The notes: generated from the letters alone by a model not told the origin. A stretch of DNA of 60,457 nt from Candidatus Nanoarchaeia archaeon (GCA_028279045.1 JANQSZ010000027.1:1-60457), one strand, 5' to 3'; counted from the first letter of the stretch, positions 23,515-33,216 are shown. Program-made: numbers and translations.

Positions 23515-25151
23515 TGCCAACAATTAACTTTGCACTTGCGGACATGGAAGCGTTGATCGGCAAACGTCTTACAGAGGACGACCTCGATCTCTTAATGACG
23601 TACGCAAAGGGCGAGTTTGAAAATTACGATAAGAAAACAAACGAAGTAACTGTTTCGCTAGACGACACAAATCTACCATACTTGTGGAGCGCTGAAGGTC
23701 TCGCACGTTTGTTCAAAGGTGTTCTCAAGCTTGAAAAAGGACACCCGAAATTGGAAATCAAGAAGTCTGACTACACGCTAGAAGTCGACAAATCTGTCAA
23801 AGAAGTTCGTCCGCACATCGCAGCGTTCGTCGCAAAAGGCAAGAAAATTGACGATTATCTCCTCAAGCAACTCGTGCAGTTGCAAGAAAAGTTCTGCGAA
23901 AGTTACGGCCGTCGCCGTCAAAAAGTTTCCATCGGTCTCTATTCTTACAAGCGCATTACGTTCCCAGTAAAATACACAACTGTAGCCCCAGAAAAAATGT
24001 CTTTTGTTCCTTTGGAGATGACCGACAAGCTTACTCTCAAAGAAATTCTGGAGGAGAATCCAAAAGGAAAAGAATACGGTTGGATTCTCAAAGACGCAAA
24101 GAAATATCCAATCCTCCTCGACAGCAAGGATGAAGTATTAAGCTTCCCTCCTATTATTAATTCAAATTTCACCGGTCGTGTAGAAGCAGACGACACCGAT
24201 GTATTTTTCGAAGTTACTGGTACAGATGAAGAATCCATTTTGCTCGCAACAAATATTTTTGCTCAAGCATTGTATGACCGCGGCTTTGATATTTTCGAAT
24301 GTAAGATTAAAGCAGAGAAGCCATTCTCCTCTCCAAAACCATTCAACGACAGCATCGTAATCCCTGAAGATCTTGCACAGTCTATGCTCGGTCTTGATCT
24401 ATCGAAACAAGACTTGCTCGATTTACTCAAACGCGCACGCTATGACATTTCAGGAAACAAAGTGATGATCCCTGATTATCGTCGGGACATTCTTCATCCT
24501 GTTGATGTTGTTGAAGACATCGCCGTCATGTTCGGGTACGAAAACATTCCTGATGCTCCATTATCGAGCTACACTATTGGCAAGCGTCAACCAATGACCT
24601 TGCAAGTAAATAAAACACGCGATATGGTTGCCGGTGCAGGCTATCTTGAAGTCATGAGCCCTATTTTATCCAACAAATCTCTTCTTTACGAGAAGATGCA
24701 TACGAAAGACTTCGGCACAGTAGAAATTTCTGAGTATATGTCAGAAACCTATTCCGTCGTCCGTTCCTGGCTAACTCCTATTTTGATGGATGTTCTCTCG
24801 AAGAACACCCATGTCGAATATCCACAAAGAATTTTCGAGCAAGGATTAACTACTCAACGCACAGGCTCAAAAATCACCGACTCAGAACGCATAGCATTGG
24901 CAACTGCTCATTCCGATGCAGGCTTCACAGAAATTAAGCAAGCGCTCGATGTAGTCATGAAAGCAAAAGGAGTGCTCTATACGCTAGAACCAAAAACAAA
25001 TGTTCAATGTTTTATTCCAGGAAGAGAAGCATCAATTATTGTTAATAAGAAGCAAGTAGGAATTATTGGGGAGATTTCTCCTCAGGTGCTTTCGACTTTT
25101 GGGGTTGAGGTGCCGGTTTCGACTTTGGAGCTGGATCTTTCGCTTTTCTAG
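23514..25151 (+). CDS. pheT: Phenylalanyl-tRNA synthetase beta subunit
   Basis: 545 aa. Archaeal B3/4 and B5 domain layout. The start overlaps the pheS stop (TAATG). The typical C-terminus is GEISPQVLSTFGVEVPVSTLELDLSLF. Confidence 0.95.
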   Translation: MPTINFALADMEALIGKRLTEDDLDLLMTYAKGEFENYDKKTNEVTVSLDDTNLPYLWSAEGLARLFKGVLKLEKGHPKLEIKKSDYTLEVDKSVKEVRPHIAAFVAKGKKIDDYLLKQLVQLQEKFCESYGRRRQKVSIGLYSYKRITFPVKYTTVAPEKMSFVPLEMTDKLTLKEILEENPKGKEYGWILKDAKKYPILLDSKDEVLSFPPIINSNFTGRVEADDTDVFFEVTGTDEESILLATNIFAQALYDRGFDIFECKIKAEKPFSSPKPFNDSIVIPEDLAQSMLGLDLSKQDLLDLLKRARYDISGNKVMIPDYRRDILHPVDVVEDIAVMFGYENIPDAPLSSYTIGKRQPMTLQVNKTRDMVAGAGYLEVMSPILSNKSLLYEKMHTKDFGTVEISEYMSETYSVVRSWLTPILMDVLSKNTHVEYPQRIFEQGLTTQRTGSKITDSERIALATAHSDAGFTEIKQALDVVMKAKGVLYTLEPKTNVQCFIPGREASIIVNKKQVGIIGEISPQVLSTFGVEVPVSTLELDLSLF

Positions 25152-25422
25152 CCTTTTTCTTTGGCTTTTCTGCTGCTTGTTTTGGTTTTGTTTCCTTAAC
25201 ATCAGCAAGGTCTTTTAGCGCTGATTTCACAGCACTCGTATCGGCATTATCTTGAATATCAACTGTTTTGCTTGTTGGTTCTAGGTGTGCAACGTTCACT
25301 TTTCTGCGGCGTGTTTCGCCATCGATAAGTACGCGGTTCTTGTCTTCTACATGAACAACAACGCAAATACCGCCAGCATCTCTGCCAGCTGTTTTAACAC
25401 AAACTCTCCCAACTTGCATCAT
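25063..25422 (-). CDS. rpl14e: Ribosomal protein eL14 with a Lys/Pro-rich C-terminal tail
   Basis: MMQVGRVCVKTAGRDAGGICVVVHVEDKNRVLIDGETRRRKVNVAHLEPT (KOW). The ATG at 25422 overlaps the eL34 stop (ATGA). The tail ...KPKQAAEKPKKKARKAKDPAPKSKPAPQPQKSKAPEEKSPQ runs antisense into pheT. Confidence 0.85.
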   Translation of the reverse strand: MMQVGRVCVKTAGRDAGGICVVVHVEDKNRVLIDGETRRRKVNVAHLEPTSKTVDIQDNADTSAVKSALKDLADVKETKPKQAAEKPKKKARKAKDPAPKSKPAPQPQKSKAPEEKSPQ

Positions 25423-25688
25423 AGTGATCGTCCTTTTTCTTTCATGATGTTCCGTGTACATCCACTACACAGCTTTCCGCCTTGAGGCCGTTCTGGTCTC
25501 CGTTGGGATTTGTTTATCTTTCGAAGTTTGTTGGGCCGCGCTCGTGCAACGCCAGCAAGCTCTTTAGAACAGTTTGCGCAGTGTGCCTTCTTAGGTCTCC
25601 CTAGTGTAAAGACGCGCTTCAAAACACCGCCTGGTGTTCTCACTGTACTGCGCTTGAATGTGCGTGACTTGAATTTTCCTGCAACCAT
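25419..25688 (-). CDS. rpl34e: Ribosomal protein eL34
   Basis: 89 aa. RTFKRSTVRTPGG...CANCSKELAGV...GGKLCSGC zinc-ribbon pattern. Confidence 0.9.
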   Translation of the reverse strand: MVAGKFKSRTFKRSTVRTPGGVLKRVFTLGRPKKAHCANCSKELAGVARARPNKLRKINKSQRRPERPQGGKLCSGCTRNIMKEKGRSL

Positions 25689-25724
25689 AGTTCTCGTGAA
25701 TCGAGGGGCCTTTTTAAAGGTTTC

Positions 25725-26480
25725 TTAGTGTACGTTCAGCAATTTCCTCAGTAATGCTGAAGCAATGATCGTGAATACTATATAGGCAGTAAGTACTCCT
25801 GGCATCCAGCCAAATACAGCAAATCCGCCAAATGGGTGTACTCGCTCAAGGTCAATATCTATTCTATTAATAGCGCTCTCTCCCGGGATGGTCTCCCTAA
25901 ATGATAAGAATCCTCCTTTCCTGAAGTCTGCATCCATGTACCGATGTGGGTCTCCCAGCAGCACTTCCATGGCATATACTTCATTTCCATAGATGTACTC
26001 CAGCGTATATTCGCCTGGTGGCCCTTCGAGTTTCCATTGCACTTCGTCTGCCACAGCTTGGGTAGCTTCACTTAACAGCGTCAACTCTCCCGAATCCAGC
26101 TGAATCGTTCCTGTAGCTCCGTTTTCAAACGTAACTGTTGTCGTAAATTCTCCAGCTTCTAATCCAAAATACGTCAAGTTGGCATTCAGCCAGCCAAACA
26201 AGAAGATTAGTGGAATGAACGTAACAAAAATTGATCGCATGGACTGCTGCATTTGTTTGAATGATTTGTCCATGACTTGCTTATTCAGTGTAGCAGCGTG
26301 ATCTTTATCATCAGTACTCTTTATCTGCTCCCGCAATTCCTTCATTTCATCTTTTATTGCTTTCAGCAGTTTCTGATTGGTAAAGAATTTCTGGGCTAAC
26401 GTAGTAAACAACGCGACTACAAAACCCAGGATTGCCAAAGAAAGTATTCTGGGTATTTCGATAAGTATGCCCAATACCAT
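25725..26480 (-). CDS. DUF106 / EMC3-TMCO1-like (archaeal YidC-like) membrane protein with an inserted loop domain
   Basis: 251 aa. TM1, then a K/E-rich coiled coil (LLKAIKDEMKELREQIK), TM2 (IFVTFIPLIFLFGWL), an insert of about 115 aa, then FGWMPGVLTAYIVFTIIASALL. Its position directly after secY is the usual one in archaea. Confidence 0.7.
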   Translation of the reverse strand: MVLGILIEIPRILSLAILGFVVALFTTLAQKFFTNQKLLKAIKDEMKELREQIKSTDDKDHAATLNKQVMDKSFKQMQQSMRSIFVTFIPLIFLFGWLNANLTYFGLEAGEFTTTVTFENGATGTIQLDSGELTLLSEATQAVADEVQWKLEGPPGEYTLEYIYGNEVYAMEVLLGDPHRYMDADFRKGGFLSFRETIPGESAINRIDIDLERVHPFGGFAVFGWMPGVLTAYIVFTIIASALLRKLLNVH

Positions 26481-27868
26481 TATTGTTCAATGAATTTTCT
26501 CAGCATTGGATTCATATCCATTGCGTGTTGTTGTGCGATTTCTTCGTACAGTTTGAAGATAATCATCACCGTCAACAGCAGCCCAGTTCCGCTCGTAAGA
26601 GCTCCTGAAATATCTGCTACCGCTGCCAGTAGTCCAACTGCTGCACCACCCATGATGGTAAGTGCAGGAATATATCTGTTAAGAAGTGATTCCATTACGC
26701 GTGGATCTTTTCTGAATCCTGGAATCTGCAATCCTGATCGCATCATTTGTTGTGCTTGTGATCGTGCGTCCATTCCTGCAGTCTTTACCCAGAATACAGA
26801 GAATACAGTTGCTCCTATGACAAGCACAATAGTATACGTCAATGCTCGATAAATGTCCGTCGGCACAAATAACCCTCGTAACAAGTTACCTACTAAGTTA
26901 GGTGGCGTCACATACGCTACCAATCCAGTACTCTGCCCGCTTAAGTGCCCTCCAAAAGTTCCGAGGATGTTAATTCCTCTACTCGACAACAAGGAAGCAC
27001 CAAGTTGAATGTTAGCAAGCAATGCCGCTACCAAGATAACTGGAATATTGCTTGTGTACAAGAAAGACAATGGCCATCGAATTCCCTGTCCCCGAACTCT
27101 TCCAAAAGACAATGGAATTTCTACTTTCATTGCTTGGAAGTACACTACCAATCCAAACACCGCTACTGTTGTTATGATAGCAATCAAATTCACCAGTACT
27201 TCTCTCAAGTCATTCTGCGGTAGGAAGTGCAGTATAGCAAGAATAGCGCCCACTGGTGGTTGCCCTGTATTAAACGACAACCCTGCGGACGCATCTAGTG
27301 GACTCAATAGTCGAATAACTAATCCTTTACTTACTCCTGCTGCAATAAACAAACTAATTCCTGATCCAAAGCCCCATTTGGTGATGACTTCGTCCATGAA
27401 TAAAATCAGTATTCCTCCCAGTATAAGCTGGAAAATAAGTGTAATGTTAGATATCCCCGGCGCTGGTTGTAATCCACCAAGTGCCACGTAGATAAACGCT
27501 TCAAACACAATAAAGAACAGCGCAAGTAATTTTTGAATTCCTTGGAATGTTCTTTTTCCTTCTGGACTTTGCAAATCAAACTGTAGTAATCCAGATCCGT
27601 TCATTAACTGTAGCAAAATGGATGCAGTGACGATCGGTCCAATACCTAATGAAATGATAGAACCGAACTCTGCTCCCAAAATAACAGCTAAGAATTCGAA
27701 TTGTGCAAGTGAGTTAGGTCCCAATCCATATAACGGAATTAGTCCCAGTACAAAGAATAGTACTAATATGATAGCAGTCCATTTTAGTTTCTGGTTAAAT
27801 GAAAGCTTCTTCTCTTCTGGACGTGTAACTTCCGGAAGATTATACAGAATCGTTCGAATTATCGACAT
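26480..27868 (-). CDS. secY: Preprotein translocase subunit SecY
   Basis: 462 aa with ten hydrophobic segments. It follows uL15 at the end of the spc-like operon. Confidence 0.95.
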   Translation of the reverse strand: MSIIRTILYNLPEVTRPEEKKLSFNQKLKWTAIILVLFFVLGLIPLYGLGPNSLAQFEFLAVILGAEFGSIISLGIGPIVTASILLQLMNGSGLLQFDLQSPEGKRTFQGIQKLLALFFIVFEAFIYVALGGLQPAPGISNITLIFQLILGGILILFMDEVITKWGFGSGISLFIAAGVSKGLVIRLLSPLDASAGLSFNTGQPPVGAILAILHFLPQNDLREVLVNLIAIITTVAVFGLVVYFQAMKVEIPLSFGRVRGQGIRWPLSFLYTSNIPVILVAALLANIQLGASLLSSRGINILGTFGGHLSGQSTGLVAYVTPPNLVGNLLRGLFVPTDIYRALTYTIVLVIGATVFSVFWVKTAGMDARSQAQQMMRSGLQIPGFRKDPRVMESLLNRYIPALTIMGGAAVGLLAAVADISGALTSGTGLLLTVMIIFKLYEEIAQQHAMDMNPMLRKFIEQ

Positions 27869-28319
27869 TGTCAGCCTGATCAGGTAGTACTATTGTCCCA
27901 CCCGCACCAGAAATCACCTCTTGTGCTTTTGGACTCGCTTTATTTACGGTAATCTTGAATTTCTTGCTTACACTTCCCTTTCCAATGACTTTTGTAATTC
28001 CTAGTGCAGTAGCATCAACAACAATAACGCCATTTTCTTCACTAGCTTTTTTCTCTTTCAACATCAAGTCTGCGTTTTGCTCAAAATATTCAACATTCAC
28101 CGCATTTTCTGGCGATGCATTGTGCTTTGTAAAGCCATGCTTACCAAAATACTTGGTGTTTTTCCAATAATTAGGCTTCTTGACGTCCGCACGCTTTCCA
28201 CTACCTGCGTTTCCGCGTCCGCCTCTGCTACCTGCTCCACGGTGCTTCTTCATGCTTCCCCAGCCGTGAGTATGTGAACCACGTGCTCTGGAAGTTTTCG
28301 CTCGTTTTGCTGTAGTCAT
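27840..28319 (-). CDS. rpl15: Ribosomal protein uL15
   Basis: GSHTHGWGSMKKHRGAGSRGGRGNAGSGKR glycine-rich N-terminus, plus operon position. Confidence 0.9.
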   Translation of the reverse strand: MTTAKRAKTSRARGSHTHGWGSMKKHRGAGSRGGRGNAGSGKRADVKKPNYWKNTKYFGKHGFTKHNASPENAVNVEYFEQNADLMLKEKKASEENGVIVVDATALGITKVIGKGSVSKKFKITVNKASPKAQEVISGAGGTIVLPDQADNVDNSNDSV

Positions 28320-28660
28320 AGCATTTGCCTCAATAGATCGTTAATGTGCTCTTTTCTGTCTCCAAGTGCGCCGCCAACATTGTAGTGTTTCTTGATTCCT
28401 TTTCTGCGGTGGCCGCCTCGTGGAGGGTGTAGCCGAACAAACTGCTTCCCTTTCTTTGCAAGTTCAGCTTTGTTTTCTTCGTTTATTTCTCCCCATGTGA
28501 CAAAGTCCTTAACTTTGCCGATCATCCCTCTACTTGTAGGATTATCGGGAATAACAGTAGCGTAATTTACTCTGTGAAGCTTCAAAACTTCGAGAGCGCG
28601 TTCTGCACGAACGTCTGCTTGTACAGCTCCTCGAATCCGAATTACTACAAGATCACTCAT
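28316..28660 (-). CDS. rpl30: Ribosomal protein uL30
   Basis: VVIRIRG...ALEVLKLHRVNYATV, plus operon position. Confidence 0.85.
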   Translation of the reverse strand: MSDLVVIRIRGAVQADVRAERALEVLKLHRVNYATVIPDNPTSRGMIGKVKDFVTWGEINEENKAELAKKGKQFVRLHPPRGGHRRKGIKKHYNVGGALGDRKEHINDLLRQML

Positions 28661-29405
28661 TCTTCTTTACCTTTGATCCTTCTACGATTGCTAACTGTTC
28701 TGTGTGTTCAGGGCGAATCTTGACTTCACTTAACTGCTGTAAAGCAAGGAAACATGCTTTTACCAAGTTACTCTTTGTTTTGGTATGCCCTTGTGTTTGT
28801 GACCAAACGTCTTTTACACCAGCTAGTTTCAAAATTTTCTGACACTCTGGTTCTATCTTTAGTCCAGTACCTGGTGGTGCTGGAAGTAATTTGATTTTGA
28901 CAGATCCCATTTTTCCTTCTACAGCAAATGGAATACTATTGCTATCCGGAGCAGATTCCCATGATCCGCCTCCACGTCGAATACGAATGATGTTTCGCTT
29001 TGCGTTTCGCAATGCTTTTTCTCTTGCAGGTACAGTTTCACGTGCTTTTCCACCGCCCATACCAACAAATCCGTCTCCGTTTCCTACAATTGCAATTGTT
29101 GAGAAACTCGGCTTGTTACCTTCGTTGGTCTTCTTTTGCGTTTGCTTGAAAACACGTCTCTGTCCGCCTCCGAACTTACCTTTTGCTTGTCCGATCATCA
29201 GAAGATCAGTTTGCAAATTCGGAATGAGAGCATCAACAATTTCTGATTCTAAGATTTTAATTCCAGATTCAATAGCTTCATCTATTGTGGTGATTTTTCC
29301 GCTCTTCACCATTTTACCAAGACCAGTTCGTGGTGTCCATGCTTCAATATCGAAGACTGTTTCTTCAGGCTTTCTCACTTGAACCACCCAACTTCTTCTT
29401 GACAC
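28653..29405 (-). CDS. rps5: Ribosomal protein uS5
   Basis: FKQTQKKT...FSTIAIVGNGDGFVGMGGGKARETVPA. The ORF-track start at 29405 is GTG. An in-frame GTG at 29378 preceded by GGGTGG may be the real start. Confidence 0.85.
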   Translation of the reverse strand: MSRRSWVVQVRKPEETVFDIEAWTPRTGLGKMVKSGKITTIDEAIESGIKILESEIVDALIPNLQTDLLMIGQAKGKFGGGQRRVFKQTQKKTNEGNKPSFSTIAIVGNGDGFVGMGGGKARETVPAREKALRNAKRNIIRIRRGGGSWESAPDSNSIPFAVEGKMGSVKIKLLPAPPGTGLKIEPECQKILKLAGVKDVWSQTQGHTKTKSNLVKACFLALQQLSEVKIRPEHTEQLAIVEGSKVKKNE

Positions 29406-29874
29406 TTTCTACTGCTTGTTTTACTTCTGGTTTCATGTGAACTCCGTAAATGCGATCATCTCCTGGCAACATATCATCAGCACATGCAATGTCGAGGCCT
29501 GCTTCTTTTGCTCCTCGTACAACTGCGTACAGCCGTGATCCTCGAATGCTAATTGCCATTCCCAAATCTACATTAATAGTATCTTTTGTCTTTCCTTTTG
29601 CTGCCACTCCCAGCATGTATCCTGTTAAGTAGGCAGCTGGTAAGTTTCCTGTCCCTAAGTTCCATCCTTGCTTCTTCAGCATGTTGGAGTGCGCTGTAGC
29701 AAGAACACTGTCCCCGTTCTCAGCATATACGACAATTTGAGCAATCGTGTGCTTCAAACTTTTTCGTATAACCAAGCGAGGTTTCTTACCTAAGAGGAGT
29801 TGGAGACGTGTTTTGTAGTTCGTCTTTCCTTCTCTTTTGCGCTTGAACGCAAGTGAAACGTTTTTTGTTTTCAT
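29365..29874 (-). CDS. rpl18: Ribosomal protein uL18
   Basis: KRKREGKTNYKTRLQLL, AAYLTGYMLG, plus operon position. Confidence 0.9.
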   Translation of the reverse strand: MKTKNVSLAFKRKREGKTNYKTRLQLLLGKKPRLVIRKSLKHTIAQIVVYAENGDSVLATAHSNMLKKQGWNLGTGNLPAAYLTGYMLGVAAKGKTKDTINVDLGMAISIRGSRLYAVVRGAKEAGLDIACADDMLPGDDRIYGVHMKPEVKQAVESVKKKLGGSSEKA

Positions 29875-30320
29875 TTTTTCAGGAGTTTGTTTTCTTCGAT
29901 ATATCCTTTCAAGTGTCTTTTACTTCTAAAAAAGCCACCGTTTGATCGTGCATACAACATTCTGTATGTTTTGTTATCAAGGTACTCTTTGTCCTTAAGT
30001 TCCCTAAGGAATGTTCTTTGGATTCTAATCGTCTTGATCCATCGATCTTTCTTAGACAATCGTGATGTAGGCTTTCCTTTTCTGCTACCGTGTCCTTTCT
30101 GTCGTCTTTTTCGACGCTGTTCTGCTCGAGCTCTAATACGACCCTTTGAAGGCGTCCGTGCGCTCTTCTTCACTACAAACTTGTCAATAACAAGTCCACG
30201 AATGTCTGCTTTCGTAATAGCTTCTTTGATTTCAGCAAGCTTGGTGCTATCAAATTGCACGCGCTTTGGCGAGCATTTCATAACTTGTGCAGCGAGTCGT
30301 TTTTGTGCGGTGAGTCTCAT
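29871..30320 (-). CDS. rpl19e: Ribosomal protein eL19
   Basis: RLAAQVMKCSPKRVQFD... and the basic RRKRRQKGHGSRKG segment. Confidence 0.9.
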   Translation of the reverse strand: MRLTAQKRLAAQVMKCSPKRVQFDSTKLAEIKEAITKADIRGLVIDKFVVKKSARTPSKGRIRARAEQRRKRRQKGHGSRKGKPTSRLSKKDRWIKTIRIQRTFLRELKDKEYLDNKTYRMLYARSNGGFFRSKRHLKGYIEENKLLKK

Positions 30321-30856
30321 TTTTGTGTAAGGACTTTATCGAGTTCCTTTTTCTCGGCTTCTTTCTTTACGTCATCAGCAACGTCAGCTTTTTCTTCTTT
30401 AGCTTCTTCTTTTTCATCCTTCTTCGCCTTTGCTTCAGCCGCCTTCTTCTTCGCTACGCGTTTTTCTACTTTCTTCTTCCGCGTTGCGAGTGTATCAGCA
30501 ACTTTCTTCTTATACGCTTCAGGATCTTTGATGTTGATGATTGTGAGTTTCTTTTCCTGCGCAGCACTAATGATTTCAGTGCGCTTTTTCATTCCTACGC
30601 GTCCACTAATAATAACACCGTGCTTCTCCGGCACACTTGCCAGTTCAGCAACAGTTTGAACCGTTGTCGTTAGCATTCCTTTTGTTTGATCGCGTTCAGC
30701 AACAGCAGTTCGATACCCAGTCATGACTTTCTTAGGGTGTCCCTTCTTCGCAAGTCGTAGCTTCGACTGCAGACCTTTCGGTCGTCGCCATCGTGCCTTC
30801 ACTTCTTTGCGTTTTCCTCGCCCACCTTGAGCGATGAATTTTGGTCTTGTCGTCAT
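30317..30856 (-). CDS. rpl32e: Ribosomal protein eL32 with a Lys/Glu/Ala-rich C-terminal tail
   Basis: WRRPKGLQSKLRLAKKGHPK core followed by ...KKKVEKRVAKKKAAEAKAKKDEKEEAKEEKADVADDVKKEAEKKELDKVLTQK. Confidence 0.85.
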   Translation of the reverse strand: MTTRPKFIAQGGRGKRKEVKARWRRPKGLQSKLRLAKKGHPKKVMTGYRTAVAERDQTKGMLTTTVQTVAELASVPEKHGVIISGRVGMKKRTEIISAAQEKKLTIINIKDPEAYKKKVADTLATRKKKVEKRVAKKKAAEAKAKKDEKEEAKEEKADVADDVKKEAEKKELDKVLTQK

Positions 30857-31404
30857 GCTATTGCCTTTCCGTCTTTTGATGTAATGTAAATTCCGTCTTG
30901 GAATATGCGTCGATCATATTCAACGCGTTCGGTCATTTTTTCAAGAGCAGTCGCCATGTTTCCTGCAAGTTCTTTGTTTGCACTCTCAATGGTGATGTCT
31001 TGCCCCTCAACCTTTACACTTACACCCTCGAAGATGTTTGTCTCCCGAGCTACTTTCTCTCCCATGAAATTTTTAACTGTGATTTTTCCTTTGTCTGCCG
31101 TTACGGTCATTGGGAAGTGGCTTGAACAAATTTTCAACGTGTACACATGCCCTTCTTTCACACCTTTCATCATGTTTCGAACGTGTGCGTTCCAAGTCCC
31201 AACGATTGCTTTTCCTTTCTTTCCCTTAACTTTAGCAATCATATGAACTGCATTGTCCTTTACTTCCATCTTTACTTGTGGATGTACATTTCTCTGTACT
31301 TCCCCTTTCTCTCCTTTAATTGTAATGGAACTGCCTTGGATATCAACCTGTACACCTTCCAGTATGTCGATCTTTACAGATTTGTATCGGGCTTCTTGTT
31401 CCAT
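30853..31404 (-). CDS. rpl6: Ribosomal protein uL6
   Basis: Two L6 repeats (ITIKGEKGEV; VEGQDITIES), plus operon position. Confidence 0.9.
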   Translation of the reverse strand: MEQEARYKSVKIDILEGVQVDIQGSSITIKGEKGEVQRNVHPQVKMEVKDNAVHMIAKVKGKKGKAIVGTWNAHVRNMMKGVKEGHVYTLKICSSHFPMTVTADKGKITVKNFMGEKVARETNIFEGVSVKVEGQDITIESANKELAGNMATALEKMTERVEYDRRIFQDGIYITSKDGKAIA

Positions 31405-31793
31405 CAGTAACAGTACGCGAGCAAGCGTCCTCCGATGCCTTTCTTCTTTGCTTCAGCGTGTGTCATAATACCTTGCGGCGTACTTACAATCAACACTCCG
31501 AAGTCTTTTGCTGGTAAGAATCGCTTTTCGAATTTCTCAAAGCCTTCTTTTCCAACTGCGTGACGTGGTTTAATAGCACCACACTTGTTAATATTACCAA
31601 TAAGGTTAATGTTCAAGATGCCGCCTCGTTGATCTTCTTCAACACTAACTTCTCCAAGGTAGTGTAGAGCGGTCATTTTCTTGAGCACTTCTTGTATAGT
31701 TTTGGAAACAGGCTTTGCTCGCACAACTCGCTTGCCAGTCTGTTCACTATTAAGCACGTTGCTCAATACCGATGCTAATGGGTCGTTCATCAT
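31404..31793 (-). CDS. rps8: Ribosomal protein uS8
   Basis: I trimmed the ORF 31404-31925 (TTG start) to the Met of [18 protein letters not shown] just after the uS14 stop. C-terminus GGRLLAYCY. Confidence 0.85.
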   Translation of the reverse strand: MMNDPLASVLSNVLNSEQTGKRVVRAKPVSKTIQEVLKKMTALHYLGEVSVEEDQRGGILNINLIGNINKCGAIKPRHAVGKEGFEKFEKRFLPAKDFGVLIVSTPQGIMTHAEAKKKGIGGRLLAYCY

Positions 31794-31794
31794 T

Positions 31795-32025
31795 TTAACT
31801 GAATTTTGTAAAGCCAATCTTTGTTGCGATCTGTCGGAAACATCTCCTGCAAAGACTGAGGGAATATTTCCCGATGTGTCCTCGCAAGTTTCCGCATCTC
31901 TGGCACGGTTTACTATCTTTACCAAAGCTACGTGCCTTTGGCTTGTTGTGTTTCTTGTACTTCTTCAACTTCAACGGTTTGGATTGAAGTTGTTTGAACA
32001 TCTTTGTATAGGAGCTTGTAGTCAT
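31795..32025 (-). CDS. rps14: Ribosomal protein uS14 (zinc-ribbon type)
   Basis: [24 protein letters not shown]. Confidence 0.85.
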   Translation of the reverse strand: MTTSSYTKMFKQLQSKPLKLKKYKKHNKPKARSFGKDSKPCQRCGNLRGHIGKYSLSLCRRCFRQIATKIGFTKFS

Positions 32026-32540
32026 GTTTGCGCCTCAACGTCAACTTTGTATTGTTCTTTCATGTAACTTATTGCATCATCTTTACTGATGTTGTGTGTC
32101 TTTGGAATTTGTTTCTTCAACATCTTCCGCTTCTTAATTCTGAATCCAGGTCTTTCAAGTGTTACACACACCTGCAAACCAAGTAATCCAATATCTGGAT
32201 CATAGTTTACGTCTGGAATCTCGATATATTCGTGAATTCCAAATGCAACATTACCTTGATCGTCAAATTGGCCAGGCTTCAACTTGCCTTCCTTGGCACT
32301 CAATAGTCGCGGCAAGAGCTTAACAGCTTCGTCTCGTCGCAAAGTGATCTTACATCCGATTGGAAGTCCAGGTCTCAATCCCCATCCAGGAATTCTCTTC
32401 TTTGTGAAGGTCTTCACTGGTGGTTTTCCAGCTAGCGTAGTCAACAACTTGACTCCTCGTTCTAGCTTTTGAGTGTCCTTACCCGCACCTATGTTGAGGG
32501 TAATTTTCTCAATCCGAATGTCTCGCATCTTATTTGTCAT
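32022..32540 (-). CDS. rpl5: Ribosomal protein uL5
   Basis: IRIEKITLNIGAGKD..., plus operon position. Confidence 0.9.
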   Translation of the reverse strand: MTNKMRDIRIEKITLNIGAGKDTQKLERGVKLLTTLAGKPPVKTFTKKRIPGWGLRPGLPIGCKITLRRDEAVKLLPRLLSAKEGKLKPGQFDDQGNVAFGIHEYIEIPDVNYDPDIGLLGLQVCVTLERPGFRIKKRKMLKKQIPKTHNISKDDAISYMKEQYKVDVEAQT

Positions 32541-33216
32541 TTGTTTGGATCACCGGTTTACCTTTGCCGATAACAAAAGCAAACTTTCGTGGTGTTTCGA
32601 TTAAGTCTTTGTCTAGTTTAGCAACAATCTTTTCTCCAGCAATGCTCTCAATAGTTACATTCTGAGCGATGTGTCGTCCACCAGTCAAGTAAATCAAAGC
32701 TCCTTTCTCAAGCGGAAGGTGCTCTTTTACTTCTTTTCCAGGTAGTTTCAATACAAGTGTGTCGCCAACTTTGTAGTCATTCTTGTCGGTAACAAACGTG
32801 GTACCGTCATGCAATCCAATTTGCAGTTTCTTTCCTTTAACTGCTGTCTTGCTTATGATTCTGCACGGTTTAACTTGTTCGCCTGCTTTTACAAGTACAA
32901 GTTTCCCTCGAGAGTTAAGCACCATGCGGTGGTCTTCCTTAATGTCTGGTAAACTCAAGACATCCATCAGACCAACTAGTCTGCGCGCTTCTCTGGTTTG
33001 TTTTCCGTCAATAAGCACTTTCTTGTTAAGCAAAATGTGTGTAACATCTCTGCTTGTTTCAGCGTGTCCCAAGTACTCTTTCATAACGACGTTAAGCGGG
33101 ATACCAAACTCAAAGGAATGTCCTGATGGGAATGGTCTCGAAATAAACTTCGTCGCTTTACGTGCGATGTTCCATGTTCCTGGCGCTGCAATGCGCTTAA
33201 GATGTTTTCTTGGCAT
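32530..33216 (-). CDS. rps4e: Ribosomal protein eS4
   Basis: MPRKHLKRIAAPGTWNIARK, with S4 and KOW segments. Confidence 0.9.
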   Translation of the reverse strand: MPRKHLKRIAAPGTWNIARKATKFISRPFPSGHSFEFGIPLNVVMKEYLGHAETSRDVTHILLNKKVLIDGKQTREARRLVGLMDVLSLPDIKEDHRMVLNSRGKLVLVKAGEQVKPCRIISKTAVKGKKLQIGLHDGTTFVTDKNDYKVGDTLVLKLPGKEVKEHLPLEKGALIYLTGGRHIAQNVTIESIAGEKIVAKLDKDLIETPRKFAFVIGKGKPVIQTNDK

